Assembly: GCA_013042835.1 (NCBI GenBank)
Contig: JABDPJ010000197.1
Span: forward strand, 1 to 54,260
Direction of reading: 5' to 3'
From: Lysobacterales bacterium
GTDB lineage: Bacteria; Pseudomonadota; Gammaproteobacteria; Xanthomonadales; SZUA-36
DNA length: 54,260 nt
Made by a program: the position numbers and the translations under genes. Positions 18,920-26,852 of the stretch are shown piece after piece (position 1 is the first letter of the stretch; every line of letters starts with the position of its first letter). Under the pieces are notes generated by a model. It searched no databases and was not told the origin of the DNA. It worked only from the letters and a program-made list of their open reading frames with translations.

Positions 18920-20404
18920 TCAATGAGCTTTTGTGGCCCGGTTATGCGACCAGATCCGCAGCGCGTTGAGTTGTTCTGACATGGTCTTCGACAATGGCAC
19001 GATGCGATAAATATTATGGATAAGATCATCATAGGTGATCTCGCGCCCGTCCGTGAACGCATCGATCCGCGCCGCCCTGACCATCTGCTCGATCTCGGCG
19101 GCGGTCCAGCCGTTCATGACCTTGGCGAGGTGGTTCAAATCGAACTCTTCCGGATCCCCGCCCTGGCCGAGTATGTGGATGCGCAGGATATCGATGCGTG
19201 CCGGCGCCTCTGGCAGGTCGACGAAGAACAACTGGTCGAACCTCCCTTTGCGGATCATTTCCGGCGGCAGGATCTCAATCCTGTTGGCCGTCGCAGCCAC
19301 GAAAACGTTGGCCGGCTTTTCCTGCATCCAGGTCAGGAACGATGAAAAAATGGTCATGTTGCCGCTGGTGGCGGAGTCGTTCAAAAAACCGAAACTGTTT
19401 TCAATTTCATCGATCCACAGCACGACCGGAGCGGCATTCTCGGCGGCACGGATAGCGCGCTCCCAGGCCACTTCGGGCGCGCCCCATCCACCTGACATGA
19501 TCTTGTTCATATCCAGGCGGATCAACGGCAGGCCCCAGACCGACGGTATGGTCTTGGCCGCCAGTGACTTGCCGCAACCACTGACGCCCATCATCAGGAT
19601 ACCGGCGGGCACATCTATCCGGGCGGCTTGCGCCTCCTTGGTGAAAAGTTTCTGCCGGGAAATCACCCAGCTTTTCAGTTTGCTGAGCCCGCCAATCTTG
19701 TCGATATCATATTTCTTGGTGATAACCTCGAGGCAGTTTTCCTTCATCAACAGCTGCGCTTTTGCGAGATTAATCTCAGCCAGTGCCGCGTCAACATCCA
19801 CTATCTTTTCACTGACCAGTTGGTGGAAAAGGTCACGGGTTTCGTTGGATGAAAGCCCTTGCGTTGCATACGAAACCCTGTCCAGCCACTCGTCGGAAAC
19901 CCGCTGTTCCTCGCCAAACCCGGAGTTCAGCGAGCCGAGCATACCTCTTAGTTCATCCGCGTCCGGCAAAGGCAGTTCAAGCAGGTATACCTCCTTGCTC
20001 AAGCCCGGGGGAATATTGATCGAAGGATGGGATACAACCATGCTGCCGGGCCGTACCGACAGGTGGTCATACACATCCCGCAACGCACGCACCAACGCCG
20101 GCCTCGATTCAAACAAAGCCGGCAGGTCTTTCATCAGGCAGATGGCGTCAACGCTCTCGCTGACGACAAATGACAGCGCCTCTACCGGATCCAGTAACTG
20201 CCGGTCTGCACCCGGGCCGCTGGTAAAACCGAGAGCCGCAGTCCATTGCCAAACCGGGCGGTCATCACCGAAGAGCTCTTGTGAAGCCCTGGCAAGCATT
20301 TGTTCGAGGCGTTCTTCCTCCCAGGTCACCACGTAAATGAGTGGTGATCCTGCAGCCAGTGTCCGGGAAAGTTGTTCCGAGGGTTTCACGCTTGATTCGT
20401 TCAT
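18920..20404 (-). CDS. Ycf46-like AAA+ ATPase
   Basis: Classical AAA module with Walker A GVSGCGKS, Walker B VLWIDEIE and second region of homology ATANRIEILPPEMIRKGRFD. The N-terminal ~250 aa begins ...SPLIYVVTWEEERLEQ, as in Ycf46-type proteins. Start 20404 (MNESSV...) places that motif at the usual distance from the N-terminus. The longer ORF start at 20482 would overlap the divergent gene's extension. Confidence 0.8.
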   Translation of the reverse strand: MNESSVKPSEQLSRTLAAGSPLIYVVTWEEERLEQMLARASQELFGDDRPVWQWTAALGFTSGPGADRQLLDPVEALSFVVSESVDAICLMKDLPALFESRPALVRALRDVYDHLSVRPGSMVVSHPSINIPPGLSKEVYLLELPLPDADELRGMLGSLNSGFGEEQRVSDEWLDRVSYATQGLSSNETRDLFHQLVSEKIVDVDAALAEINLAKAQLLMKENCLEVITKKYDIDKIGGLSKLKSWVISRQKLFTKEAQAARIDVPAGILMMGVSGCGKSLAAKTIPSVWGLPLIRLDMNKIMSGGWGAPEVAWERAIRAAENAAPVVLWIDEIENSFGFLNDSATSGNMTIFSSFLTWMQEKPANVFVAATANRIEILPPEMIRKGRFDQLFFVDLPEAPARIDILRIHILGQGGDPEEFDLNHLAKVMNGWTAAEIEQMVRAARIDAFTDGREITYDDLIHNIYRIVPLSKTMSEQLNALRIWSHNRATKAH

Positions 20405-20591
20405 TGCATTTATCCGGGCCGCATCCTTTAGCAATGCTAATAATAGCCAATTCGCAGGGTGTAGCCTCATGACCTGTGTCATCGCCGCGTCAAATGAAGC
20501 GCACGGAAATCCTCGCCGGCAATTGACTCAAGTCATTGCCGGGGGAAAAGCGTGTGGATATAGTTTCGCGCAACAAAAAAGAACGGGCGCC

Positions 20592-23500
20592 ATGAAATCC
20601 GTTGCAGCGCTGGCCAGCCAGGCAAGAGGTTCATCCACTGGTGCTCGAACCAGCCGCGCAAATATGCCCGTTAAACAGGAAAAGTCCCGCCTGATGGAAG
20701 GCTGGGTGATTGCCAATCACATTCTTGTTTCGTTTCATGTGGCATTTATCTCCTCCGTGTTAGCCATCCCGGACACTACGACAACCAGGGAAGCGGTGTT
20801 GCATTTCATCTTCCTGAGCCCGGAGACCATTGTTTCTGCTGTATTTACTTATGCGGTTTTCCATTCGGCCATTGCATTGCATGAGTTAGGGCACTTCCTG
20901 GAAGCTGCCAGATTGCGCGCACTCAATGATTCTATCCAGGCCAGGGTCGATTCCCGGCTTGCTGCGCCCCGCCCGGCTCGCTGGCGTTATCTTTTACTAT
21001 TGTTCCTGCAAATTCCCTATGGATTTGCTGTTGGCGTGAAGCGCGAGGGCCTGAATTACTATCCGGACGCACCGTATAATCTTGCCGTCGCTGCTGCCGG
21101 TCCGAGAGCGAGCCTCAAGGTCGCCCGCCTCGCGCTGCCGGTTGCCTTGGCCCTGCTGGCCATTGGCTTGCTGCATGATATTTCGTCAGCGCTCAACCTC
21201 GGCCGCTTGCTGCTCGGCCTGGGGATCGTGACTGGTCTTGATTTTTTGCTAGCGGACCCGGGTAAATACCGCGAATTCAAACGCCGGGAAAAGCTTGCAA
21301 GCACGGCGTCCTCCGCACTGCCGGTTGCTAATCGCTGGGCCGGCATGGCCGTCGACGCAAAATCCAGGATTGAACAACGAAGCATGCAGGAAGCGACCCA
21401 TCCACGCCTGGGTACCGTCAGGGCGCCGTGGCAGTTCCGCAATTGCGGCATGGGCGGCCGTCATACCGAAAAGGAATACCCGGAATCCAATATAAGCATG
21501 CAGGAGGCCATGTTCCTGATACTCGGTGCGGAGGATTCGCAGGAGGCGCAGGAAATGACCGTCCGCCTGCAGAACCGCCTCAAGGAAATCCTCGAGAAAG
21601 CGGAAGGTTGCCGGGTCATGGGAATCGGTCTTGAAGGTGGACTGGCGCCCTATGTCGATCGCGGGGACTACGAAATTCCTGAATTGCGCTTGTGGGCGAT
21701 GATGAAACAAACCATCGAAGAGTGCGGTTACCGGCCTGGTATCGATGTAGCCATCGCGCTCGACCCTGCCCTGTCCGAGCTGGAAATCGCCTACCGAGAG
21801 GAATTCGATCTGCCAGACAGCGTCGGTATGTACCTGTTCTGGAGGGACCATTCCAAAAAGGTCATGGACCGTGACGCCGTATTGGCAATCTACGAGCAGG
21901 CGATCAACGAACACGATATCCCGATTCTTTCGATCGAAGACGGCTTTTCAGAAGATGATCTTGAGGGTTGGAAAAAACTGCTGGCCAAACTAGGTGACCA
22001 TGTGCTGGTGATCGGTGATGACCTCGTAACCACAAACGACCGCACGATCGAGAAAGCGGCTGACGCCGGCCTGATCAACTCCGTTCTGGTTAAAGCCAAC
22101 CAGATAGGCTCCCTGTACGAAACTCTTCTGGCTGTGCTGGTGACCCTCGGTAAAGGCTTGAACCTGATCGTCTCACACCGCTCGAAAAGCCCCAACGACG
22201 ATATGGAGGCACACATTGCCCTGGCAACCAACGCACTGGGCCTGAAGGCCGGCGGAGGTGCGAATACCGAGCGCCTGGTCAAGTACCAGGCGGTAACCAC
22301 GCAGATGGAACGGGTCGTCGATGCCGGTATACAGGAACCAAACCTGCCGGGCTTCGCAACCATTGAAAACCTGAGGGCACGTGAAGAACCAACCAACGCC
22401 GGTATCCCGACGGTTGGAGTAGACGTCCAGTTGGCCTTGCCGGGTGAAAGCGCGGATACCGGTGTCCGCCTGAAATTTCATGGCGCGACCCCTTTGGGCA
22501 CCTCATCCGGAACCGGCGAGGCCGTGCACTTGGTCGACCGGGTATTCGAACGGGCGGAATACCTGGAAGCGGTTGAACAATATTCGCAATTACTCACGGA
22601 GATGGAGCCCGGGGTTTTCGCCTTCAAACCGGGTGTGACCCGGGAGCAGGCTGAGTCGGCCGGCGACGCAGCGTTGCTGGCCTTGTTCAAACGGACCCAA
22701 CGCTACGAGGGCAAGGGCTGCTTGAACGCTGTCGATCATGTGCATGAATTTGCCGCGCCGTGTTTCGAAGACAGGAACGTTGCCGATTGGGGCTTACTGG
22801 ACATCGACCGCACGCTGCTGAGGCTGGAGCTGGACACTGCTAAGCGACGTAAAAAGCTGCCTGCCACTGCTGACCATGAGGCCGAAATTCGCGTCATGCA
22901 GCGCAAACAGAACATTGGCATGAACGCTATCCTGTCGATCTCGCTTGCCATGGCGCGTGGCGTCGCACATGTTCGTGGACAGGAACTCTACGAGTTCTTG
23001 CGCGAGGAAATGCTGGTTATAATCGAACGTCTCGCCAGCGCGCATGACGTCGCAATCCAGGGCAGCCGCTTCGACGACTACCTTGCGGCCTTGCGCGAAG
23101 TAAACGCGAAACTGGAGCAACAACACATGCCACTTTACAAGTCTCTGCGCGAAGTAACCGGAGTGTACAAGCAGGACGGCAAGCAAAGTCGCGCGCCGGC
23201 TCCCTTCAGCGCCAACTGGCACGTCATTCCCAGCGAAGACGAGTCGTTCAGTTCACAGGAACAGGCAGAGATCAGCAGCCTGAACCATGCGCTGGTAAAA
23301 ACCTATCTCGTCGGGGATAGGCCGGAGGAGAACAGGTTCATACTGCGTCATTACCTGAAAACCATGCGCCTGCTGGGGCAACGTTACCGTATGTTTGAAA
23401 TAACCAACCACCGGGTTTTCAAATTTGAAGACAAGCTCATCGTTCCCTACGATGCACAAGGCAGGTTATCCATATACGTACTGACAAAAAAATCCCAGCG

Positions 23501-26500
23501 CCTGGTCAATGAACTGCGGGTGCCGCACGGCACACTGGTAACAGACGAGTTGATCGCAGATTTGGCCGGCATGCAGGGTGACGCGATTGATCTGGAACGG
23601 GAAATCTATCATTTGCATGTGGATGACATGCCCGCAATCCAGGTGTCACGCCTGCGTGACCTTGCCAGGTTGCTAAGGCGGCTGAACAACTGCGGCAGTC
23701 GCCATGAAGCGGTTTACCTGTTGCGTTTCCTGGTTGCCAGGCTTTGCAGCAGTTCCTATCGCGGCATGCCCGGCGCCAAGAATCTGAAACCGGAAATCAC
23801 CAGGGTGCGGCAGGAATTGGCCGAATTCATGAACGGGCCATTTGCGGAACGCCTGCGCCTGCCGACACGCATCCTCGTGAGAAGCATCTCGGGGCTGGTA
23901 TCCCAGCCAAAATTGATTGACGAAGTCTGGCAGGACACGATAGACCTTTCCGAGGTCATGGTACGGGGCAGCACCATCACGAATGAAATCCGCCGCAGCA
24001 CGCACCATGCAATGGGCAAACATACGCTGCGTCTGGCACGCGCCTACCTGCAATGGCTGCAGTTGGGTGAGGCTGAATTTCCGGATCCGGAACGGGAGAT
24101 TCCGGTTACTGCCGATGAAGCGGCGCGCGATAATCCGAAGGTGATAGCACTCGTAGAACGGATTGTCGCCGATCTTGAACAACTCATGGGTAGCTCGCAA
24201 ATTGCCCGGCGGTTGTTGGAGTGGCGTGACGCTTATGCGGACGAGTTGTTGCGTTGTGAATCAACAAATACCCTTGAAGAGGAACTCGAATCACTGACTA
24301 CCAAGGGCATTCGCACGCAAAATCAATGGGTTTATCAGCACAGACTGCGTAGCCTGACCAGCAAGTTGCGTGACGGCAACTGGTCAGACAAGGCCCGCAA
24401 ACCATTTGGTGCAAGCCTGAAATTCCTGCAGGAAAACTTGCCCGACGGCATTGACTTTCCCGCCGCTGAAATAGAAAGCAGGGCGCGCAAAGCCGTTGAC
24501 GCTTTCTGCGAACAGATCAGGCATGATCACCAGGACGCCCTGTTCAGCGCGCTTGACGGGCTGCTCGGCTACTACGAGGGCGGTCAGAATTTTAAGGCCT
24601 TCACCCGCAGTTGCGAACTGCGGCGCGAACTGGAAACGCTGGCCGGAGACGGCGTATTTGACACCCAGCGTTACCTCCTGCACCAGCTTGACTGCATTCT
24701 CGAGGAGTTGGGGTTTTTCGCTCTCAGGCACGTTGCATCGGATTATGCTGACAACGGCATGAAACTCGAAGAATGCCTGCAAATCGTACACCGCTGTGCC
24801 CGCAACCTGGACCGCGATGGACTGTACTCACGGGAACTGTGGGATTTATCGACCATGTTGATCAACCCTATGCGGACGCGTTCAGAACTGCTTGACGTAT
24901 TGGAGCAGATTCAACGTAACTACCACCGTCTCGTTCACCGCATCAGCAATGCCTACGAAGTGATGGCCGCGCACCTGGGCTATGGGACCGACGAGATGCG
25001 CGCGGTACTTGCCAACTTCCAGCGCACCATGCATGACCTGAATAGCCTCGTGCACTTTTCAGACCTGGCGCGCACCTACCTGTCCGAGAATGACCGTGAA
25101 ATAGAACGCTCGGAGGTGGGCGATCCCGGCACAGACCCATGGGATTTTGTGCATCTTTCGCACCGGGAAGACATCAACCGCCGGGTAGAGAGCAGAGATC
25201 CTGTCAGTTTGCAGGCGCGCTATGGCGGCAAGGGAAGCGGCCTGATCTATATATCCTATCTGGGCATTCCGACACGTGACGGCTTCATCATTCCCACCGT
25301 TTTACCCCGCCTGGATTTGCAAAACAGGGAAAAGGAGCGGTTTGAAAAAGAAGTGAGAAAGCATGTCCGCCTGCTGGAAAGCGATATACAACGCAATGAG
25401 GGAACCTCGCTGAAGCTCGGTGACCCCGAAGCACCGTTACTACTCGCCGTGCGCGGAGGTTCACCATTCTCAATGCCGGGAATGCTGGCAACCATGGTCT
25501 TTGTCGGCATGACCGATGCCGTGGCCGATGCCCTGGCCGTTGAGGATGAATGGTACGCCTGGGACGCCTACCGGCGCTTCCTCGTTTCGTTCTCCGCGGC
25601 AGTCTGGAACCTCGATATCGAAGCCCTTGACCTGGTGGAAAAAACCAAGCGCCAGCATGGCGTCGATCTCAAGACCGACCTGCCGGGCGCGGCCATGCGC
25701 GAGGTCGTTGAAGCGACCAAGCAGGCGATTCGAGACGCAGGACACAAAGATGAATTCGAGCATCTCACCGTGGATGCGGATCTGCAGTTACAGACTGCGT
25801 TACAGGCAGTACACAGTTCCTGGAACCGGGACCGTGCCCGCCAGTACCGTTCTATCAAGCACCTCAGCGAAGGCTGGCACACGGCAGCCACGGTGCAGCA
25901 AATGGCTTCCGGTAACCGGACCAACCGCCAGGAGCTAAAGCCGGGTATTGACGAAATGCGTATATCTCTTACCGGTGTTATTCCCAACACGCAGGTGCAG
26001 TCGACGGGATTCCGTGAGTTTACCGGTGATGTGAAATTCCAGGCCTGCGGCGATGACCTGGTGGGCGGCATGACCGCGGCCAAGTCTTTCGAGCCGGTGC
26101 AGAGACTGCATGTGCTGGCTCCCATGCTGGAACGGAAACTCAACCATGTCAGCGCCCGGTTGCGGCGCTTCCTGGGATCGGATGCGGAGATAGAATTCAC
26201 GGTTGACCGTGGTGTGCTCAGCGTATTGCAGGCGCGCAGCGCACAAATGGACCAGCAATTCCACAACCCACGGACGTTCAAAGACCCGGGGACTTCGAGC
26301 GGGCGCGGAATTGGCATCAGTGGCGGAGCCTTCCGCGGCCTGGTGGCATTCAACCAGGCCGATGTGACGCGCCTCGGCAAGGCCATGGATGAACAGTCAG
26401 AGGAAGTCGATGGCATATTGCTCGTGCTGGAGAACCCGGTACCCGATGAAATTCCGTTGATCCTTTCGGTCGGAGGCTTGCTGGCAGCGCGGGGTGGTTC

Positions 26501-26747
26501 GACATCACACGCCGCTGTCTGCGTTCACGGTATCGAAGATAAGCAATACAGCGCGGTGCTCGGTGTGCCGGAATTGCGGGTCGGCACGGCCAAGGCCACG
26601 CTGACAGGGGAAGACGGAGCAATCACACACACCCTGCATGCGGGCGACATAGTCTCCATTCACGGGCAGACCGGTGAAGTATTTGCCGGCTGGCGTGAGG
26701 TCATCAGCATTGAAGCTGATGCGCCAGCCGCCACGAAACATCCATAG
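20592..26747 (+). CDS. Giant multidomain protein: S2P/M50-like membrane metalloprotease region + circularly permuted enolase + ~700-aa unassigned region + PPDK/PEP-synthase-type ATP-grasp + phosphohistidine swivel domain
   Basis: Uninterrupted ORF 20337..26747 (2136 codons). The 5' end is uncertain, with candidate ATGs at 20592, 20664 and 20694. The first 85 codons overlap the divergent ATPase ORF extension and look non-coding. Domain motifs are listed in the sub-features below. Confidence 0.85.
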   Translation: MKSVAALASQARGSSTGARTSRANMPVKQEKSRLMEGWVIANHILVSFHVAFISSVLAIPDTTTTREAVLHFIFLSPETIVSAVFTYAVFHSAIALHELGHFLEAARLRALNDSIQARVDSRLAAPRPARWRYLLLLFLQIPYGFAVGVKREGLNYYPDAPYNLAVAAAGPRASLKVARLALPVALALLAIGLLHDISSALNLGRLLLGLGIVTGLDFLLADPGKYREFKRREKLASTASSALPVANRWAGMAVDAKSRIEQRSMQEATHPRLGTVRAPWQFRNCGMGGRHTEKEYPESNISMQEAMFLILGAEDSQEAQEMTVRLQNRLKEILEKAEGCRVMGIGLEGGLAPYVDRGDYEIPELRLWAMMKQTIEECGYRPGIDVAIALDPALSELEIAYREEFDLPDSVGMYLFWRDHSKKVMDRDAVLAIYEQAINEHDIPILSIEDGFSEDDLEGWKKLLAKLGDHVLVIGDDLVTTNDRTIEKAADAGLINSVLVKANQIGSLYETLLAVLVTLGKGLNLIVSHRSKSPNDDMEAHIALATNALGLKAGGGANTERLVKYQAVTTQMERVVDAGIQEPNLPGFATIENLRAREEPTNAGIPTVGVDVQLALPGESADTGVRLKFHGATPLGTSSGTGEAVHLVDRVFERAEYLEAVEQYSQLLTEMEPGVFAFKPGVTREQAESAGDAALLALFKRTQRYEGKGCLNAVDHVHEFAAPCFEDRNVADWGLLDIDRTLLRLELDTAKRRKKLPATADHEAEIRVMQRKQNIGMNAILSISLAMARGVAHVRGQELYEFLREEMLVIIERLASAHDVAIQGSRFDDYLAALREVNAKLEQQHMPLYKSLREVTGVYKQDGKQSRAPAPFSANWHVIPSEDESFSSQEQAEISSLNHALVKTYLVGDRPEENRFILRHYLKTMRLLGQRYRMFEITNHRVFKFEDKLIVPYDAQGRLSIYVLTKKSQRLVNELRVPHGTLVTDELIADLAGMQGDAIDLEREIYHLHVDDMPAIQVSRLRDLARLLRRLNNCGSRHEAVYLLRFLVARLCSSSYRGMPGAKNLKPEITRVRQELAEFMNGPFAERLRLPTRILVRSISGLVSQPKLIDEVWQDTIDLSEVMVRGSTITNEIRRSTHHAMGKHTLRLARAYLQWLQLGEAEFPDPEREIPVTADEAARDNPKVIALVERIVADLEQLMGSSQIARRLLEWRDAYADELLRCESTNTLEEELESLTTKGIRTQNQWVYQHRLRSLTSKLRDGNWSDKARKPFGASLKFLQENLPDGIDFPAAEIESRARKAVDAFCEQIRHDHQDALFSALDGLLGYYEGGQNFKAFTRSCELRRELETLAGDGVFDTQRYLLHQLDCILEELGFFALRHVASDYADNGMKLEECLQIVHRCARNLDRDGLYSRELWDLSTMLINPMRTRSELLDVLEQIQRNYHRLVHRISNAYEVMAAHLGYGTDEMRAVLANFQRTMHDLNSLVHFSDLARTYLSENDREIERSEVGDPGTDPWDFVHLSHREDINRRVESRDPVSLQARYGGKGSGLIYISYLGIPTRDGFIIPTVLPRLDLQNREKERFEKEVRKHVRLLESDIQRNEGTSLKLGDPEAPLLLAVRGGSPFSMPGMLATMVFVGMTDAVADALAVEDEWYAWDAYRRFLVSFSAAVWNLDIEALDLVEKTKRQHGVDLKTDLPGAAMREVVEATKQAIRDAGHKDEFEHLTVDADLQLQTALQAVHSSWNRDRARQYRSIKHLSEGWHTAATVQQMASGNRTNRQELKPGIDEMRISLTGVIPNTQVQSTGFREFTGDVKFQACGDDLVGGMTAAKSFEPVQRLHVLAPMLERKLNHVSARLRRFLGSDAEIEFTVDRGVLSVLQARSAQMDQQFHNPRTFKDPGTSSGRGIGISGGAFRGLVAFNQADVTRLGKAMDEQSEEVDGILLVLENPVPDEIPLILSVGGLLAARGGSTSHAAVCVHGIEDKQYSAVLGVPELRVGTAKATLTGEDGAITHTLHAGDIVSIHGQTGEVFAGWREVISIEADAPAATKHP
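20694..21266 (+). other. Domain: hydrophobic N-terminal region with site-2-protease (M50)-like motifs
   Basis: HELGH (nt 20880-20894) sits inside a hydrophobic stretch AVFTYAVFHSAIALHELGHFLEA. A downstream AVAAAGPRASL (AGP motif) follows. Further hydrophobic helices are present (LALPVALALLAIGLL, LLLGLGIVTGLDFLLAD), with a possible LD third-ligand motif. Confidence 0.55.
21414..22316 (+). other. Domain: enolase C-terminal TIM-barrel equivalent (placed first)
   Basis: These motifs align by eye to canonical enolase: PWQFRNCGMGGRH / MQEAMFLILGA, GLEGGLAP, AIALDPALSE, ILSIEDGFSEDDLEGW, VIGDDLVTTN, VLVKANQIGSL, IVSHRS and GLKAGG..TERLVKY. Confidence 0.8.
22374..23006 (+). other. Domain: enolase N-terminal domain equivalent (placed after the barrel)
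   Basis: GIPTVGVDV...GATPLGTSSGTGEAVHLVD corresponds to GNPTVEVE...VPSGASTG.HEA.E.RD. YEGKGCLNAVDHVHEFAAPCF corresponds to GKGV..AV.NVN..I.P. NIGMNAILSISLAMARGVAHVRGQELYEFL corresponds to LGANAILGVSLA..KAAA....PLY..L. Confidence 0.75.
25134..26261 (+). other. Domain: PPDK/PEP-synthase N-terminal nucleotide-binding (ATP-grasp) domain
   Basis: Motifs: YGGKGSGLIYISYLGIPTRDGFIIPT, LLLAVRGGSPFSMPGMLATMVFVGMTD, AWDAYRRFLVSF, ATVQQMASGN...LTGVIPN...FQACGDDLVGG and EIEFTVDRGVLSVLQARS. Confidence 0.8.
26289..26711 (+). other. Domain: PEP-utilising-enzyme mobile (swivel) domain with catalytic His
   Basis: GLLAARGGSTSHAAVCVHG, with the His codon CAC at 26508-26510, matches the GG.TSHAA.VAR phosphohistidine signature. 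The protein ends ~75 aa later, so no PEP/pyruvate-binding barrel follows. Confidence 0.8.
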
Positions 26748-26852
26748 TCATGACCGATCGCGAGGTAACTGGCAGTATCGATGCGATTTGAGCATGAATA
26801 TCTGTGCTCGGCGTAGTAAAGTACCGGTTTTCCGGAGATATGGACTCTTCAA

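Noticed and set aside
19035-20336. 433-aa plus-strand ORF
   Set aside because: It is entirely antisense to the AAA+ ATPase gene, which has clear Walker A/B motifs. Its product is Ser/Ala/Arg-rich low complexity typical of antisense frames in GC-rich DNA.
20523-20564. TTGACT ... TATAGT considered as a sigma-70 promoter for the giant gene
   Set aside because: The spacing between the hexamers is 30 nt, far from the 16-18 nt optimum.
20337-20591. 5' extension of the giant ORF (first 85 codons), and the matching 5' extension of the AAA+ ATPase ORF (20405-20482)
   Set aside because: The two extensions overlap each other on opposite strands. They encode low-complexity sequence with no RBS. They would leave no room for promoters of two divergent genes. 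The Ycf46-like N-terminal motif sits at the normal distance from Met at 20404.
21447-21464. Initial impression that the enolase general-acid Glu168 is replaced by Arg (GMGGRH versus GGEHA)
   Set aside because: Re-alignment against the yeast enolase sequence from memory shows that this position precedes His159. Glu168 corresponds to the E in MQEAMF, which is conserved. The 'inactivated enolase' idea is therefore not supported.
25568-26416. 282-aa minus-strand ORF, together with other antisense ORFs inside the giant gene (21249-21914, 21890-22396, 23673-24200)
   Set aside because: These ORFs lie opposite segments with strong enolase or PPDK motifs. Their products are Ser/Arg/Pro-rich.
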